Shown in pieces: positions 1 through 9,831 of a stretch of 57,036 nt of DNA. How positions within the stretch are numbered: position 1 is the stretch's first letter; each line of letters begins with the position of its first letter. A program made the position numbers and the translations under genes. This stretch comes from Patescibacteria group bacterium. GTDB lineage: Bacteria > Patescibacteriota > Minisyncoccia > Phycocordibacterales > UBA2100. The notes under the pieces were generated by a model, which did not search any database, was not told the origin of the DNA, and saw only the letters and a program-made list of their open reading frames with translations. The stretch spans positions 1-57,036 of the forward strand of contig JBBTXY010000008.1 in the NCBI GenBank assembly GCA_038062075.1, in the 5' to 3' direction.

Positions 1-55
1 CGATGTCAAACATCATGCTCCACCGTCTGGCGAGGGGTTATTGAACATGCTCTAG
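1..55 (+). mobile_element. Possible 3' end of an IS5-family transposase with right terminal repeat
   Basis: Frame 3..44 reads MSNIMLHRLARGY*, resembling IS5-type C-termini (..MIxLMLRRLA). It is followed by TTGAACATGCTC|TAG, a GAG-type end on the reverse strand. Truncated by the window edge. Confidence 0.3.
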
Positions 56-118
56 GTGTTGGTTGAAAGGATTTAAGGCGAACAGAATACCATGAGGAAA
101 GAGGTGCGTCAAGTACAC

Positions 119-154
119 CATTGCTTGATACTTAGGACTCATTGCTTGATACTT
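119..154 (+). repeat. 15-bp direct repeat CATTGCTTGATACTT x2 (119-133, 140-154)
   Basis: Exact repeat with 21-bp period, ending 9 bp before ATG 164. Confidence 0.85.
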
Positions 155-163
155 GTTAAAAAT

Positions 164-516
164 ATGGGTCTTCATATTCTCAAAGAACCTCTTACGCGCG
201 CGCAGTTGCAGGAAATTGCGAGCGAGCGGTTTGGCGATCTGGTGAAAGCGGTCGTTGATATTGATAAAGGGCTCATTGCGCTGGGAGCGGAATTGCATGC
301 AGATGCACAGACGCTTCTCATCGATACGGAGGGTTCCTCGAACGAGCATACGTGGGGGATTAATCTCTATCCGGCCGAACCACGAGAGAATTTTATCGAA
401 TATGATTCGCTTTCAACTTGAAGCCGGCGTTCGGCAATCGCACGCGCGGCGTTGAGAACGTGGAGATTCAGAATAAAATTCGCACATTCGTCGAATCGTT
501 TATTGTTGGTGCCTAA
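164..516 (+). pseudogene. DUF5674-like protein with an apparent 1-bp frameshift at ~411-413
   Basis: MGLHIL..VKAVVDI..GAELHAD..WGINLYP..FIEYDSL stops at 421. A shifted frame continues NLKPAFGNRTRGVENVEIQNKIRTFVESFIVGA* to 516, matching the expected family C-terminus. Confidence 0.65.
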
Positions 517-517
517 T

Positions 518-847
518 ATGACAGTGATGCACGCACAACTTGCAGAGGGAAGATGGCAGCAGTTGACGCTCGCGGAGCAGATGGGGAATATCGGCAGCGA
601 AGTCTCGCGCGCGGCGACCGCGTTCGGCAAGAACGAAGCGCGCCTTGAGAGTGCGCTCATTCGCGGGCTTGAGCTCTTCGATCTCACTCTGGCCGACCCG
701 CGCTGGAAGGGTAGGAAGAGCGAGATAGGGCGCGCACGTGAGGTTTTTTGCGACGCGGTGCTTGGCGGCAAGGAATACGGCACAACATTCCCGGGATTAC
801 AGAAGTATTTCGACCAATTTGCACTTGCCTCTCGTCGCGCGGTATAG
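518..847 (+). CDS. Conserved hypothetical helical protein (RWQQLTLAEQMGNIGSEVSRA motif)
   Basis: ATG 1 bp after the upstream stop; 109 aa. Confidence 0.75.
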   Translation: MTVMHAQLAEGRWQQLTLAEQMGNIGSEVSRAATAFGKNEARLESALIRGLELFDLTLADPRWKGRKSEIGRAREVFCDAVLGGKEYGTTFPGLQKYFDQFALASRRAV

Positions 848-854
848 TCAGTTC

Positions 855-1295
855 ATGCAAGTCATTCTATTGAGAGACGTCGCGGGTGTGGGGCAGAAGG
901 GGAGCGTGAAGAACGTCTCTGACGGCTACGCCCTGAATTTTCTCATTCCCAATCGACTTGCCGAAATGGCGACGAAAGAAAAGATGCAAACCCTTCACAA
1001 AGAACAGGCGGCGACGAAAGCGGAAATGGAAGTGCGGGAAAAAGAATGGACGGCGCTTGTGAAAAAACTTGAAGGGCAAACTCTGCACATAAAGGCGAAC
1101 GCGAGCGAACAGGGTCACTTGTACGAAAAAATCTCAGGCGAGCACGTTGCAAAAGTAATCGAAAAGGAGTTGAAAGTAACACTACCACAAGGTGTGGTTC
1201 AACCAAAAATGGCAATAAAACAAACCGGCGAATGGCCGGTCGAAATTCGGCTTGGGGAACACAAGGCAACTATCACTGTTTCGGTTATCACCTAG
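855..1295 (+). CDS. rplI: 50S ribosomal protein L9
   Basis: MQVILLRDVAGVGQKGSVKNVSDGYALNFLIP signature. Confidence 0.96.
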   Translation: MQVILLRDVAGVGQKGSVKNVSDGYALNFLIPNRLAEMATKEKMQTLHKEQAATKAEMEVREKEWTALVKKLEGQTLHIKANASEQGHLYEKISGEHVAKVIEKELKVTLPQGVVQPKMAIKQTGEWPVEIRLGEHKATITVSVIT

Positions 1296-1305
1296 CGGAG
1301 TGAGA

Positions 1306-1329
1306 GAAATGAAAGCAAACTTTCATTTC
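1306..1329. terminator. Hairpin between convergent rplI and rpmA
   Basis: GAAATGAAAG-CAAA-CTTTCATTTC. Confidence 0.5.
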
Positions 1330-1362
1330 CGAACGAGCGACGGTGCTATAGAGCGAAGCTAT

Positions 1363-1647
1363 CTACTTCGCAGTAGGAACTACTTCAACGCGCGAGCGGA
1401 TGCTTGTGCGACCGTCGAAATTGGTCTTGCGTCTTGTTGAGAATTTAACGGCGCCGTCGATTTTCGCAAAAAGAGTGTGGTCGGAGCCCATGCCGATATT
1501 GCGGCCGGCCATTATTTTGGTGCCGCGCTGACGGACGATGATTTCGCCGATAGCGACTTTCGCACCATCAGCACGCTTAACGCCGAGGTATTTCGGATTC
1601 GAATCGCGCAGGTTTTTGGCTGTTCCGCCGGCTTTTGTATGGGCCAT
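1363..1647 (-). CDS. rpmA: 50S ribosomal protein L27
   Basis: [33 protein letters not shown]. Confidence 0.97.
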   Translation of the reverse strand: MAHTKAGGTAKNLRDSNPKYLGVKRADGAKVAIGEIIVRQRGTKIMAGRNIGMGSDHTLFAKIDGAVKFSTRRKTNFDGRTSIRSRVEVVPTAK

Positions 1648-1708
1648 AAACTAGTTGCTGGTTGCTAGTAGCTAGTTACTAGTCATAAAAATCAGCTACA
1701 ATTCCCAG

Positions 1709-2083
1709 ATGCACATCAGGATACAGGAAATATTACTGAAGGTCAAATTGGCGGGAGAGGGGATTCTTGCCGAATGGGGGCTTATTGTGGTCATATTTTT
1801 GGTCGCTTTTGGGAGTTTTGGTTTGGGGAGGCTCTCTGCGGTGGAAAAGGCACGGCCAGTCGTCTCAATTGGCCAAGCTCCAGAAGAAAGAGAGCCGCGG
1901 AGCATGGCGATAGGCGGGCTTGTGGTCGCCTCGCGCAGCGGCTCTGTCTACCACTACCCTTGGTGCGCCGGTGCCTCGCAGATCGCAGCGGCAAATCAGG
2001 TGTGGTTCGCGAGTGAAAAGGCCGCGCAGGATGCCGGGTATAGCCCCGCAAAGAATTGCGCTGGATTAGCCGGCAGCCAGTAG
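1709..2083 (+). CDS. Membrane-anchored protein with C-terminal Ada-like metal-binding motif
   Basis: TM segment, then VASRSGSVYHYPWC..FASEKAAQDAGYSPAKNC. Confidence 0.75.
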   Translation: MHIRIQEILLKVKLAGEGILAEWGLIVVIFLVAFGSFGLGRLSAVEKARPVVSIGQAPEEREPRSMAIGGLVVASRSGSVYHYPWCAGASQIAAANQVWFASEKAAQDAGYSPAKNCAGLAGSQ

Positions 2084-2157
2084 CCAGTAGCCTGCAGCTA
2101 TGCGAAAATGTGGTGTATGAATTCTTGCTACCAGCTACCAGCTACCAGCTACAAGCT

Positions 2158-2757
2158 ATGCTAGTCATCGACATCGAAGCGACGGGGGTGGAAGCGCATA
2201 AGCATTCCATCGTTTCCGTTGGCGCCTTGGATTTTTCGAACCCGTCAAATCGTTTTTATGAGGAATGCCGCATCTGGGACGGCGCGCATGTGATGGACGA
2301 GGCACTGGAAATAAACGGATTCACAAAAGAAGAGATTTCCGACCCGAAAAAGCAGAGCGAGGCGGATCTTGTGCGCGCATTCATGCACTGGAGCGAGAGC
2401 GTCGCGGAGCGCACCTTCGCAGGGCAGAATCCGTCCTTTGACCGCGATTTTATGAAATATGCCGCGGAGCGCGCAGGGCATACGAATTGGCCATTTGCAC
2501 ATCGTACTATTGATTCACACACGCTCTGCTGGATGCACATGATAGAGCGGGGGCTCCAGCCGCCGATTGATCCGAAACATCGCCGCTCGGCCTTGGATTT
2601 GGACGCTGTTTTAAACTACTGCGGCATCCCAAAGGAGCCGGAGCCGCACAACGCGCTCACCGGTGCGCTTTCTCACGCTGAAGTTATCTCCCGCCTCCTC
2701 TACGGCAGAAAGCTCCTGCCAGAATTCGAGCAATATCCGATTCCGTGGGCAAAGTAG
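2158..2757 (+). CDS. DEDDh 3'-5' exonuclease (DnaQ/RNase T-like)
   Basis: VIDIEATG (ExoI), QNPSFDRDF (ExoII), HNALTGA (ExoIII, last Asp replaced). Confidence 0.88.
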   Translation: MLVIDIEATGVEAHKHSIVSVGALDFSNPSNRFYEECRIWDGAHVMDEALEINGFTKEEISDPKKQSEADLVRAFMHWSESVAERTFAGQNPSFDRDFMKYAAERAGHTNWPFAHRTIDSHTLCWMHMIERGLQPPIDPKHRRSALDLDAVLNYCGIPKEPEPHNALTGALSHAEVISRLLYGRKLLPEFEQYPIPWAK

Positions 2758-2769
2758 TATCAACCACAT

Positions 2770-2807
2770 ACACATCAAACTCTCACGGCCGTGAGAGTTT
2801 GATGTGT
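2770..2807. repeat. Perfect 38-bp palindrome
   Basis: ACACATCAAACTCTCACGG|CCGTGAGAGTTTGATGTGT. Confidence 0.9.
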
Positions 2808-2854
2808 CGCGCATGACTGGTTTACATACGAGAGAAGTGGTGTAGGATAAAGGC

Positions 2855-3607
2855 ATGAACGCATTCACCATTCTTCTCGGGCTCGTCATTTTAGTCGCGA
2901 TTTTGGTCCTCATTATCCGCCAGGTGAACCAGTACGAAAAAGGCGTCTTCTTTACCATTGGCAAATTCACCGGCATCAGGGAGCCGGGCTGGCGTATCGT
3001 CATTCCAATTTTCCAATCAATGAAAAAAGTGGACATGCGCGTGAAGGCGGTTGACGTGCCGGAGCAGAAAGCCATCACGAAAGACAACATCGCGGTCGGC
3101 GTCACGGCCGTCATTTATTACCGCGTCGTCGATGCCGGAAAGGCAATTCTCGAAGTGGAAGACTTCATTTATGCAATGAGCCAGCTCGCGCAAACGACGA
3201 TGAGGAACGCGGTCGGCGAAGTGGAGCTCGACGAACTTCTTTCCCAGCGCGACAAGATCTCGGAGCGTATCAGTCGGGTCGTCGATGAGGCGAGCGAGCT
3301 GTGGGGGATTAAGGTGTCCAATGTCGAGCTTAAAGACATCTCGCTTCCGGAGAACATGGAGCGCACTATCGCGAAGCAAGCGGAAGCGGAGCGCGAAAAG
3401 CGTGCGGTCATCATCAAAGCCGAAGGGGAAGTCATGGCGGCGGAAAACATGGCCAAAGCGGCCTCGATGCTTGCGGCCGCTCCCGGCGCACTTCATTTGC
3501 GCACGCTCCAGAGCATTAACGACATCTCGTCCGATCAGTCCAACACGGTCGTCTTCGCGGTGCCGCTTGAAGTCTTGCGCGCACTAGAGAAATTGACGGG
3601 TAAATAA
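2855..3607 (+). CDS. SPFH/stomatin (slipin) family membrane protein
   Basis: N-terminal TM, AQTTMRNAVG, AKQAEAERE, LHLRTLQ. Confidence 0.93.
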   Translation: MNAFTILLGLVILVAILVLIIRQVNQYEKGVFFTIGKFTGIREPGWRIVIPIFQSMKKVDMRVKAVDVPEQKAITKDNIAVGVTAVIYYRVVDAGKAILEVEDFIYAMSQLAQTTMRNAVGEVELDELLSQRDKISERISRVVDEASELWGIKVSNVELKDISLPENMERTIAKQAEAEREKRAVIIKAEGEVMAAENMAKAASMLAAAPGALHLRTLQSINDISSDQSNTVVFAVPLEVLRALEKLTGK

Positions 3608-3612
3608 CAACT

Positions 3613-3927
3613 ATGTCAGTCGAACGAAAGAGGTTTACGGACGAAGAACCGTATCCGCGGGACAAAATCAAGAAAATCGTCGATGAATTTTATGCGCACG
3701 AAAAGAACGGAGGTGTAATACCGAACGAGGTTGAAAAAGCAGCCGTCATACTTTCATACATAGAACACTTGCAAGCTAAATATAGAAAGCAGGGGCAACC
3801 GATGACCGAGCGCGATATCGCGACATTAGGATTCGACATTGACGCTTTGCGCGAAGGAAAACTTCGCGCTTCTGCATTGCATGGGGAAGACGAAGAGGGC
3901 AATGAGTCGGAAAGTCGGGTGGCATAA
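3613..3927 (+). CDS. Hypothetical protein
   Basis: 104-aa ORF directly after the SPFH gene. Confidence 0.6.
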   Translation: MSVERKRFTDEEPYPRDKIKKIVDEFYAHEKNGGVIPNEVEKAAVILSYIEHLQAKYRKQGQPMTERDIATLGFDIDALREGKLRASALHGEDEEGNESESRVA

Positions 3928-4099
3928 GATGCGAGCTCGATCAAAATAAAGTCCGGAGGCCTTTTGGGGCAGGGAGAGAGATTTTTAGTGGGTGTATTCG
4001 TCGCGCTTTCTCTCTACTTGGTATGTCGCACAATATATCTTTTGCGACATATAGCCTGGAGAATCTCGGCGGCGCTAGATTGACAGGTATACTGGTCTG

Positions 4100-4753
4100 A
4101 TGCATTCCTTCTCACGACGGTTGCGTACAATTCTTCCTGCGCATGCACGAAAAGTATTTTCAAAACTTTCTTCCCCGCAAAAAATCCAGGATTTTTTAGA
4201 TGCACTTCCGATCAATTTTGAGGAGACGGGGGAGACCAACCTCTCTCCCCTACTGGTGCTGCGGGAGAAAAAAGCACATTGTTTTGAGGGCGCTGTTTTT
4301 GCCGCCGCGGCACTCGCGTATCATGGTGAGCGACCGCTTCTCATGGATTTTGAAACACTGCCAAACGACGAGGATCATACGATCACAGTTTTTAAACAAA
4401 AAGGACATTGGGGCGCCATCAGCAAAACGAACCACGCGGTCTTGAAGTATCGCGATCCGGTGTATGAATCGCCTCGCGAGCTCGCGATGTCTTTCTTCAA
4501 CGAATATTATTTGTGGGACGGCACAAAATCGATGCGTTCCTATTCAAAGCCCTTCGATCTCTCACAATTCGCGCCGGAGCAATGGGTGACTTCTGATGAA
4601 CCGCTTGATTGGCTTATGACCACACTCTCGAAAAGCGGCTATTACACTGTCGTCCCTCGCGGCACAAAACTCCGCAAAGCATCTAAAATAGAGCTCGAGG
4701 CGCTGAAATTGACCGAGTGGTACGATCACGGAAGAAACAGCTTTAAGGTTTAA
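4100..4753 (+). CDS. Transglutaminase-like (Cys-His) hypothetical protein
   Basis: AHCFEGA..DEDHTI..WGAISKTNH; TATACT 6 nt upstream. Confidence 0.7.
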   Translation: MHSFSRRLRTILPAHARKVFSKLSSPQKIQDFLDALPINFEETGETNLSPLLVLREKKAHCFEGAVFAAAALAYHGERPLLMDFETLPNDEDHTITVFKQKGHWGAISKTNHAVLKYRDPVYESPRELAMSFFNEYYLWDGTKSMRSYSKPFDLSQFAPEQWVTSDEPLDWLMTTLSKSGYYTVVPRGTKLRKASKIELEALKLTEWYDHGRNSFKV

Positions 4754-4819
4754 GAATCGCCTTTGCGTAATATCGTCCAAAGGGACTGGTCGCCTCCTTT
4801 TTAGTTAGATTTAGAGGTA

Positions 4820-6082
4820 CTAGAGGTAGTCCAACGGGTTCAGGTACCCACTCAAAGCCGAAACGGGAATGATCGCACTGTTACAGCCCTTGCCGGAGCC
4901 TAGTTGCCGCACCTGTACGGCATCCGATGCGTAGACAGTGAAGTGAAGGTGCGGCCCCGTAGCGTAGCCGGTGACGCCGGAGAAGCCGATAACCTGCCCT
5001 GTGGCGACGTTCTGACCTTCAACCACATTTATCTGCGAAAGGTGGGCGTAGAGCGTTGTAAGGCCATTTCCGTGCTTAATCAAGACCCATTTGCCGTAGG
5101 AGTAGCACCCGCGTATGGCGTCGGTGTTTCCGGTCCCCTGCACGATACCTGAAAGGGCTGCTTTGACAGGAGTTCCGATAGAAGCACGGAAGTCGACGCC
5201 GTTGTGCGTGCCGGAAACATAGAGGCGCCCCGAATCGGCGGTTTTCCCGAATTGCTGGGTGATGGTGATCGCATCCAAGGGCCAGCGGAGAATGCCCTTG
5301 CCGGCGGGAGGAATGTGTGAAGGGTCGAGCGTATACTGAAGCTTCGATTCGAGCTCATTGAGCGCGGCTTCGAATGAGGCTTTGGCAGTTTTCTTTTCTT
5401 CCACCAGTTTCTGATAATTCGATTCCTGATTTTTCGTCTGCGTGAGAAGGTTTTGCTGTTCCTTTTTCTGCACAGCAAGCGACTGCTCCTGCGAGGAAAG
5501 CTCCCCTTTTTGGACGACAAGCTCTTCCCGTTTCTTTTCGGTCACCTCCTTGTCTTCCGTCAACTGCTCTTTGACTTCCAAAAGTGAGAGGACGTGCCCA
5601 TGCATGTTTTCCTGAATGACGCGGATGTTCTCCGTGTCGTCCCACACATCCGCGATGGAGTTGTGCGCGAGAATCATCTCGACTAACGACGCACTTTCCG
5701 ACTCGTGCAGAGAACGCACCGTCTCTGCGATGGCGGCAGAGTCAACCGCAATCAGTTGTTCTTTTTCCTGGATGTCGCCGCCCAATTGCTTTATTTGGAG
5801 CTCGGTCGTCGCGATCTGGCTCTGCTTCGCGCGCACCTTCGCCTGCGTCTGCTTCACGGAGATATCAAGAGCGTTCACCGCCGTTTGTAGTGTTTGCTTT
5901 TTCTCGCCCACCACAGCCAGCTCTTTCTCATACTGCGCGATCTCTTTGTTCAACGCTTCGATCTGCGCCTGGTGGTCATTGATCTGGTTCTGAATGTCCG
6001 CTGCCGACTGGGCAAGGAGTATGAATGGCACGCCAAGCATGACGCTCACGAGAAGCCCTGAAAAAACAGCTTTCCCTACCAT
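4820..6082 (-). CDS. Coiled-coil M23 peptidase (EnvC/CwlO-like murein hydrolase)
   Basis: Signal peptide, long coiled coil, HNGVD, YAHL, GPHLHF. Confidence 0.92.
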   Translation of the reverse strand: MVGKAVFSGLLVSVMLGVPFILLAQSAADIQNQINDHQAQIEALNKEIAQYEKELAVVGEKKQTLQTAVNALDISVKQTQAKVRAKQSQIATTELQIKQLGGDIQEKEQLIAVDSAAIAETVRSLHESESASLVEMILAHNSIADVWDDTENIRVIQENMHGHVLSLLEVKEQLTEDKEVTEKKREELVVQKGELSSQEQSLAVQKKEQQNLLTQTKNQESNYQKLVEEKKTAKASFEAALNELESKLQYTLDPSHIPPAGKGILRWPLDAITITQQFGKTADSGRLYVSGTHNGVDFRASIGTPVKAALSGIVQGTGNTDAIRGCYSYGKWVLIKHGNGLTTLYAHLSQINVVEGQNVATGQVIGFSGVTGYATGPHLHFTVYASDAVQVRQLGSGKGCNSAIIPVSALSGYLNPLDYL

Positions 6083-6084
6083 GA

Positions 6085-7419
6085 CTATTCCAGTATAGCG
6101 TGAGCTGCCCTGATACGCTCCAAAACCTCATTTTTGCCCAAAATTGAGGCTATAACGAAGGGGTCGGGGGACTTTTCCCTCCCCGAGAGGGCGTAGCGTA
6201 GAGGCCACAAAACGGCTCCCCTTCCCTTTTCCTCAGCATACGGCCAGAGCACATCGTGAATATGTTCTGCCGTGAATTCAGGAGCAGGGACTTTTTCAAA
6301 CATCATCGAGATCGCGGCGAGATGTTCATGCGCAGCAGCGGGGTTACTTTTCTTTTCAGGGATGAGATTTTTTTCCAAATGTGGTTTCGTGAAGAAATAA
6401 TCGTATTCGCCTTCTTCAGCTTGAAAACGGATATCGTCCCAGACGCTGATGCGCTCCCGAAGAATGGGCAGGAGCATACGGCCGATCGCTTCATTCCATG
6501 AGACGTTCTTTTTAAGAGAGCCTTTCAGGATAAGAAGCGCGTGCGACGCGAAATCGTTTTCAGGCATCCGGAGCAGATATTCGCGGTTGAACCACCGCAG
6601 CTTCTCTTCATTGAAAACCGCGCCTGCCTTGTGGATGTCAGCGAGCTCGAATTGCGCGATGAGTTCATCCATGGAGAGTATCTCGATATCGCCTTTCGGG
6701 CTCCAGCCGAGAAGTGCTAAGAAGTTGACCACTGCCTCGGGGAGATACCCTTTCGCGCGGAAATCTTTCACACCGGTCTCATGCTTTCGCTTCGACATCT
6801 TCGTTCTATCCGGCATAAGAATAAGCGGCAAGTGCGCATAGACCGGGCGCGGGAGGCCAAGCGCCTCCTGGATGAGGATCTGACGAGGTGTATTGGAGAT
6901 ATGGTCTTCCCCGCGGATCACATGAGTGATTTTTGCTTCTCCGTCGTCGACGACGACCGCAAAGTGGTACAAGGGATCGTCAATAGAGCGCGCGATGATA
7001 AAATCCTTCAACTCCGTCGTGTCGAACGTTATGTCGCCGCGAATGACGTCGGCGAAGGTGATAGTTGTGCCGGGGTTGCGCAGGCGCACCACTTCGACCA
7101 TGCGCTCGGAGTCGTCTTTGGCAGGCTCTTTCGAAACATATGCGCGATCAGCATCGATAAGTTTGTGCAGGAGCTCTTTGTGCTTCCCCACATGTTCGGA
7201 CTGCACATATCTCTCATCAAAAACAAGACCGAGCCACTGCATTTCCTCGTAGATATCCTGCTCATATTCTTTTTTACTGCGCTCCTTATCAGTATCCTCG
7301 ATACGCAGGACGAACGTTCCGCCATGTTTTTTTGCAAAGAGGTAATTAAAGAGCGCGGTGCGGGCAGTGCCGATATGAAAAAACCCTGTAGGAGACGGTG
7401 CGATGCGAACACGGACCAT
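6085..7419 (-). CDS. gltX: Glutamate--tRNA ligase
   Basis: RIAPSPTGFFHIG, LRIEDTD, IRGEDH, KMSKR. Confidence 0.96.
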   Translation of the reverse strand: MVRVRIAPSPTGFFHIGTARTALFNYLFAKKHGGTFVLRIEDTDKERSKKEYEQDIYEEMQWLGLVFDERYVQSEHVGKHKELLHKLIDADRAYVSKEPAKDDSERMVEVVRLRNPGTTITFADVIRGDITFDTTELKDFIIARSIDDPLYHFAVVVDDGEAKITHVIRGEDHISNTPRQILIQEALGLPRPVYAHLPLILMPDRTKMSKRKHETGVKDFRAKGYLPEAVVNFLALLGWSPKGDIEILSMDELIAQFELADIHKAGAVFNEEKLRWFNREYLLRMPENDFASHALLILKGSLKKNVSWNEAIGRMLLPILRERISVWDDIRFQAEEGEYDYFFTKPHLEKNLIPEKKSNPAAAHEHLAAISMMFEKVPAPEFTAEHIHDVLWPYAEEKGRGAVLWPLRYALSGREKSPDPFVIASILGKNEVLERIRAAHAILE

Positions 7420-7422
7420 AGG

Positions 7423-8565
7423 TTAGATGGGTTCGTGCGAAATCGCAGTTTCCAGAATCACTTCAGCGATCTTCCGCCCTGCGCCGGGGCGCGCGAACGC
7501 TTTCGCCGCTTCTGACATGCGCCTGCGAGTTGGTTCGTCATCCATAAGACGTTTGATCTCTGCGAGCAAGATGTGCGGCGTGAGGTTCTTCTGCTCGATG
7601 ACCAAGGCGGCGCCTGCACGCGCATAGGAAAAGGCATTCTCCGTCTGGTCATGCGAGACCTCGCCGGGAATGGGGACGAGGATGGCAGGAATGCCCCAGG
7701 AAGCTATCTCGAAGATGCTGCCGCTTCCGGCGCGCGAGATGATGAGCGAGGTGATGCCGGCGGTCATCTTCAGCGCAAGCGCGTTCAAAAGGCCGAAGAC
7801 GCGGTAACGCTCGGCGTGCAGAGAATCATGCAAGACGACGCCAGCCACGCGCTGCGCCTCTTCGGCATTTGCGATACCCGCCTGATGGACGACGTTGTAC
7901 GAGGCGACCAGGGTCGGGAGCGTATCAATGACTATCTCATTCAAGGCTTGCGCGCCTTGCGAGCCGCCGACGATGAAGATAGTGGGGGCATTCGGGTCGA
8001 GTTTCAGGAATTCGTGACCACCTTCACGGGCAGGCGATTCTATCTCAACGCGGATGGGGTGCCCGGTGCGCGCGATCTTCTCGCGCACCTTTTCGGGGAA
8101 TGTCGCTGCGGCATTGGGGTGCGCGACGGCGATCCAACGCGCGAATTTAGACGCCCATAAAGAGACGCGACCGGGCCGCGCATCGGCGTCATAAATAACA
8201 ACTGGGATACGCAGAAGCCGCGTGGCAAAAAGGGTCGGGAACGCGGCGTACCCTCCTGTCGAGAACACGACGTCTGGGTAGATGGAGAACAACAGAAAGA
8301 AACAGCGGGTAATGCCTGCTGCGGTTGTGAAGAAACTAAAAGGATTGGGAATGCGGCGCTCGCGTGAGAGCTTCCCCGCGGGAGCCGAATGGTATTCGAT
8401 ATCATGTTCGGCAAGCGCCATTTTATCGAACGGTTCGGGACCAAGATAGAAGTATTGCGGCTCCAAGAGCTTGCGTTCCTTGCAAATGTTCTCAATACCT
8501 TCGACGACCGCGATCAAGGGATAGAAATGTCCTCCAGTTCCTCCGCCCGTGAGTGCGATTTTCAT
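7423..8565 (-). CDS. murG: MurG glycosyltransferase
   Basis: TGGGTGGHFYP, GGSQGA, SRAGSG, DQTENA. Confidence 0.95.
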   Translation of the reverse strand: MKIALTGGGTGGHFYPLIAVVEGIENICKERKLLEPQYFYLGPEPFDKMALAEHDIEYHSAPAGKLSRERRIPNPFSFFTTAAGITRCFFLLFSIYPDVVFSTGGYAAFPTLFATRLLRIPVVIYDADARPGRVSLWASKFARWIAVAHPNAAATFPEKVREKIARTGHPIRVEIESPAREGGHEFLKLDPNAPTIFIVGGSQGAQALNEIVIDTLPTLVASYNVVHQAGIANAEEAQRVAGVVLHDSLHAERYRVFGLLNALALKMTAGITSLIISRAGSGSIFEIASWGIPAILVPIPGEVSHDQTENAFSYARAGAALVIEQKNLTPHILLAEIKRLMDDEPTRRRMSEAAKAFARPGAGRKIAEVILETAISHEPI

Positions 8566-8666
8566 CCCGCTCTTTCTATGTTGATAATCGGATATCTACA
8601 ATGAGATGGTAGTGCAAAACACATGCGGACGCTATGAGTACATCGTACCGAAAGGGCGGGGTTCAT
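8561..8666 (-). mobile_element. 96-bp MITE-like insertion at the murG start codon with 5-bp duplication ATGAA
   Basis: Minus strand reads TACAAT-N8-ATGAA|CCCCGCCCTTTC...GAAAGAGCGGG|ATGAAAATC. Confidence 0.6.
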
Positions 8667-8713
8667 GGTCTTTTATTGTAGCGCCAGAGGAAAGCTTTCG
8701 AAAGCCCGTGCGA

Positions 8714-9820
8714 CTATTTTCGGGGAATGCGCCGCGAGATGCTTAAAAGTATTCCCGCACTCCCAAGAGAGACCAACATCGCACTCCCGCCTTGGCTGAT
8801 GAACGTAAGTGGAATACCCGTCAGCGGGGCGAGCCCGAGCATGGCAGCGATATTAATGAATGCCTCGCCGACGAGATAGGTGGAAATGCCGACGGCCAGA
8901 AGCCCCCCGAAAAGATCCGGCGCACGTGCGGCAAGCCCGTATCCGCGAAGCCCCAAAACGAGGAAGAGCACGACCGTGACGCTCGCTCCGATGAACCCCA
9001 GTTCTTCCGCGACAACAGCGAATATCGAATCCCCCATCGGCTCCGGCAGATAGGTGAATTTCTGTATCCCCTGCCCCAAGCCGCGCCCAGCAAGGCCGCC
9101 GGAGCCGATGGCGATAAGCGATTGCCGTATCTGGTAGCCTTCGCCCTGCGCGCTCTGTGCCGCCGGGTTGATAAACGTCGCGATGCGATCGTAGAGATAC
9201 GCGTACTTGGGCGTAAAAGAAAGTAGGACCAGGCTCGCGATCGCGACGACACTGATGAGGGCGATATCGCGCAACCGCACGCCCGCGGCAATGGCGACGG
9301 CAAATACCGATACGACGATGATGCCGAGGGTCCCGAAATCGGGCTGGAGCGCAAGAAGAAGCGCGGGGGCGGCGCAGAGGCCGCAAAAGGCCGCGAGACC
9401 CTTCCAGGAGGCCATTTCTTCGCGCAGCGTGGCAAAGAGGGCGGCCGCCAGGATGACGGCCGCGATCTTCAAGAGTTCCGCGGGTTGCGCCGTCGTGAAG
9501 CCGAGGTCGAGCCAGCGGCGGCCGCCGCCATGTTCGAAACCCAAGCCCGGAATAAAGACGAGCGCTGTTGCGAGAAGGGCGAATGCGAATAGATACGGAG
9601 CAAGCGTGCGCCATACACGGTAGTCGATGGAAAAACCCGCAAGCAGTGCAGCAAGACCGCCACCAATGCCGAGCGCGAAATGATTGAAAACAACACTTGA
9701 GATGTTAGTCGCGCCTCGCGCGAGAAGCCCGACCGCTGCAGACGAGAACATCAAGGCGCCGCTCAAAACCAGTGCGGCGAGAATGATAATAAGAAGCGTA
9801 TCAGCACGGGCAATGCGCAT
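8714..9820 (-). CDS. ftsW: FtsW/RodA (SEDS) peptidoglycan polymerase
   Basis: GRRWL, QPAELLK, QPDFG, LPEPMGDSIFA, PLTGIPLTFISQGGS; lies between mraY and murG. Confidence 0.93.
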   Translation of the reverse strand: MRIARADTLLIIILAALVLSGALMFSSAAVGLLARGATNISSVVFNHFALGIGGGLAALLAGFSIDYRVWRTLAPYLFAFALLATALVFIPGLGFEHGGGRRWLDLGFTTAQPAELLKIAAVILAAALFATLREEMASWKGLAAFCGLCAAPALLLALQPDFGTLGIIVVSVFAVAIAAGVRLRDIALISVVAIASLVLLSFTPKYAYLYDRIATFINPAAQSAQGEGYQIRQSLIAIGSGGLAGRGLGQGIQKFTYLPEPMGDSIFAVVAEELGFIGASVTVVLFLVLGLRGYGLAARAPDLFGGLLAVGISTYLVGEAFINIAAMLGLAPLTGIPLTFISQGGSAMLVSLGSAGILLSISRRIPRK

Positions 9821-9831
9821 GTGAGGGGTTC

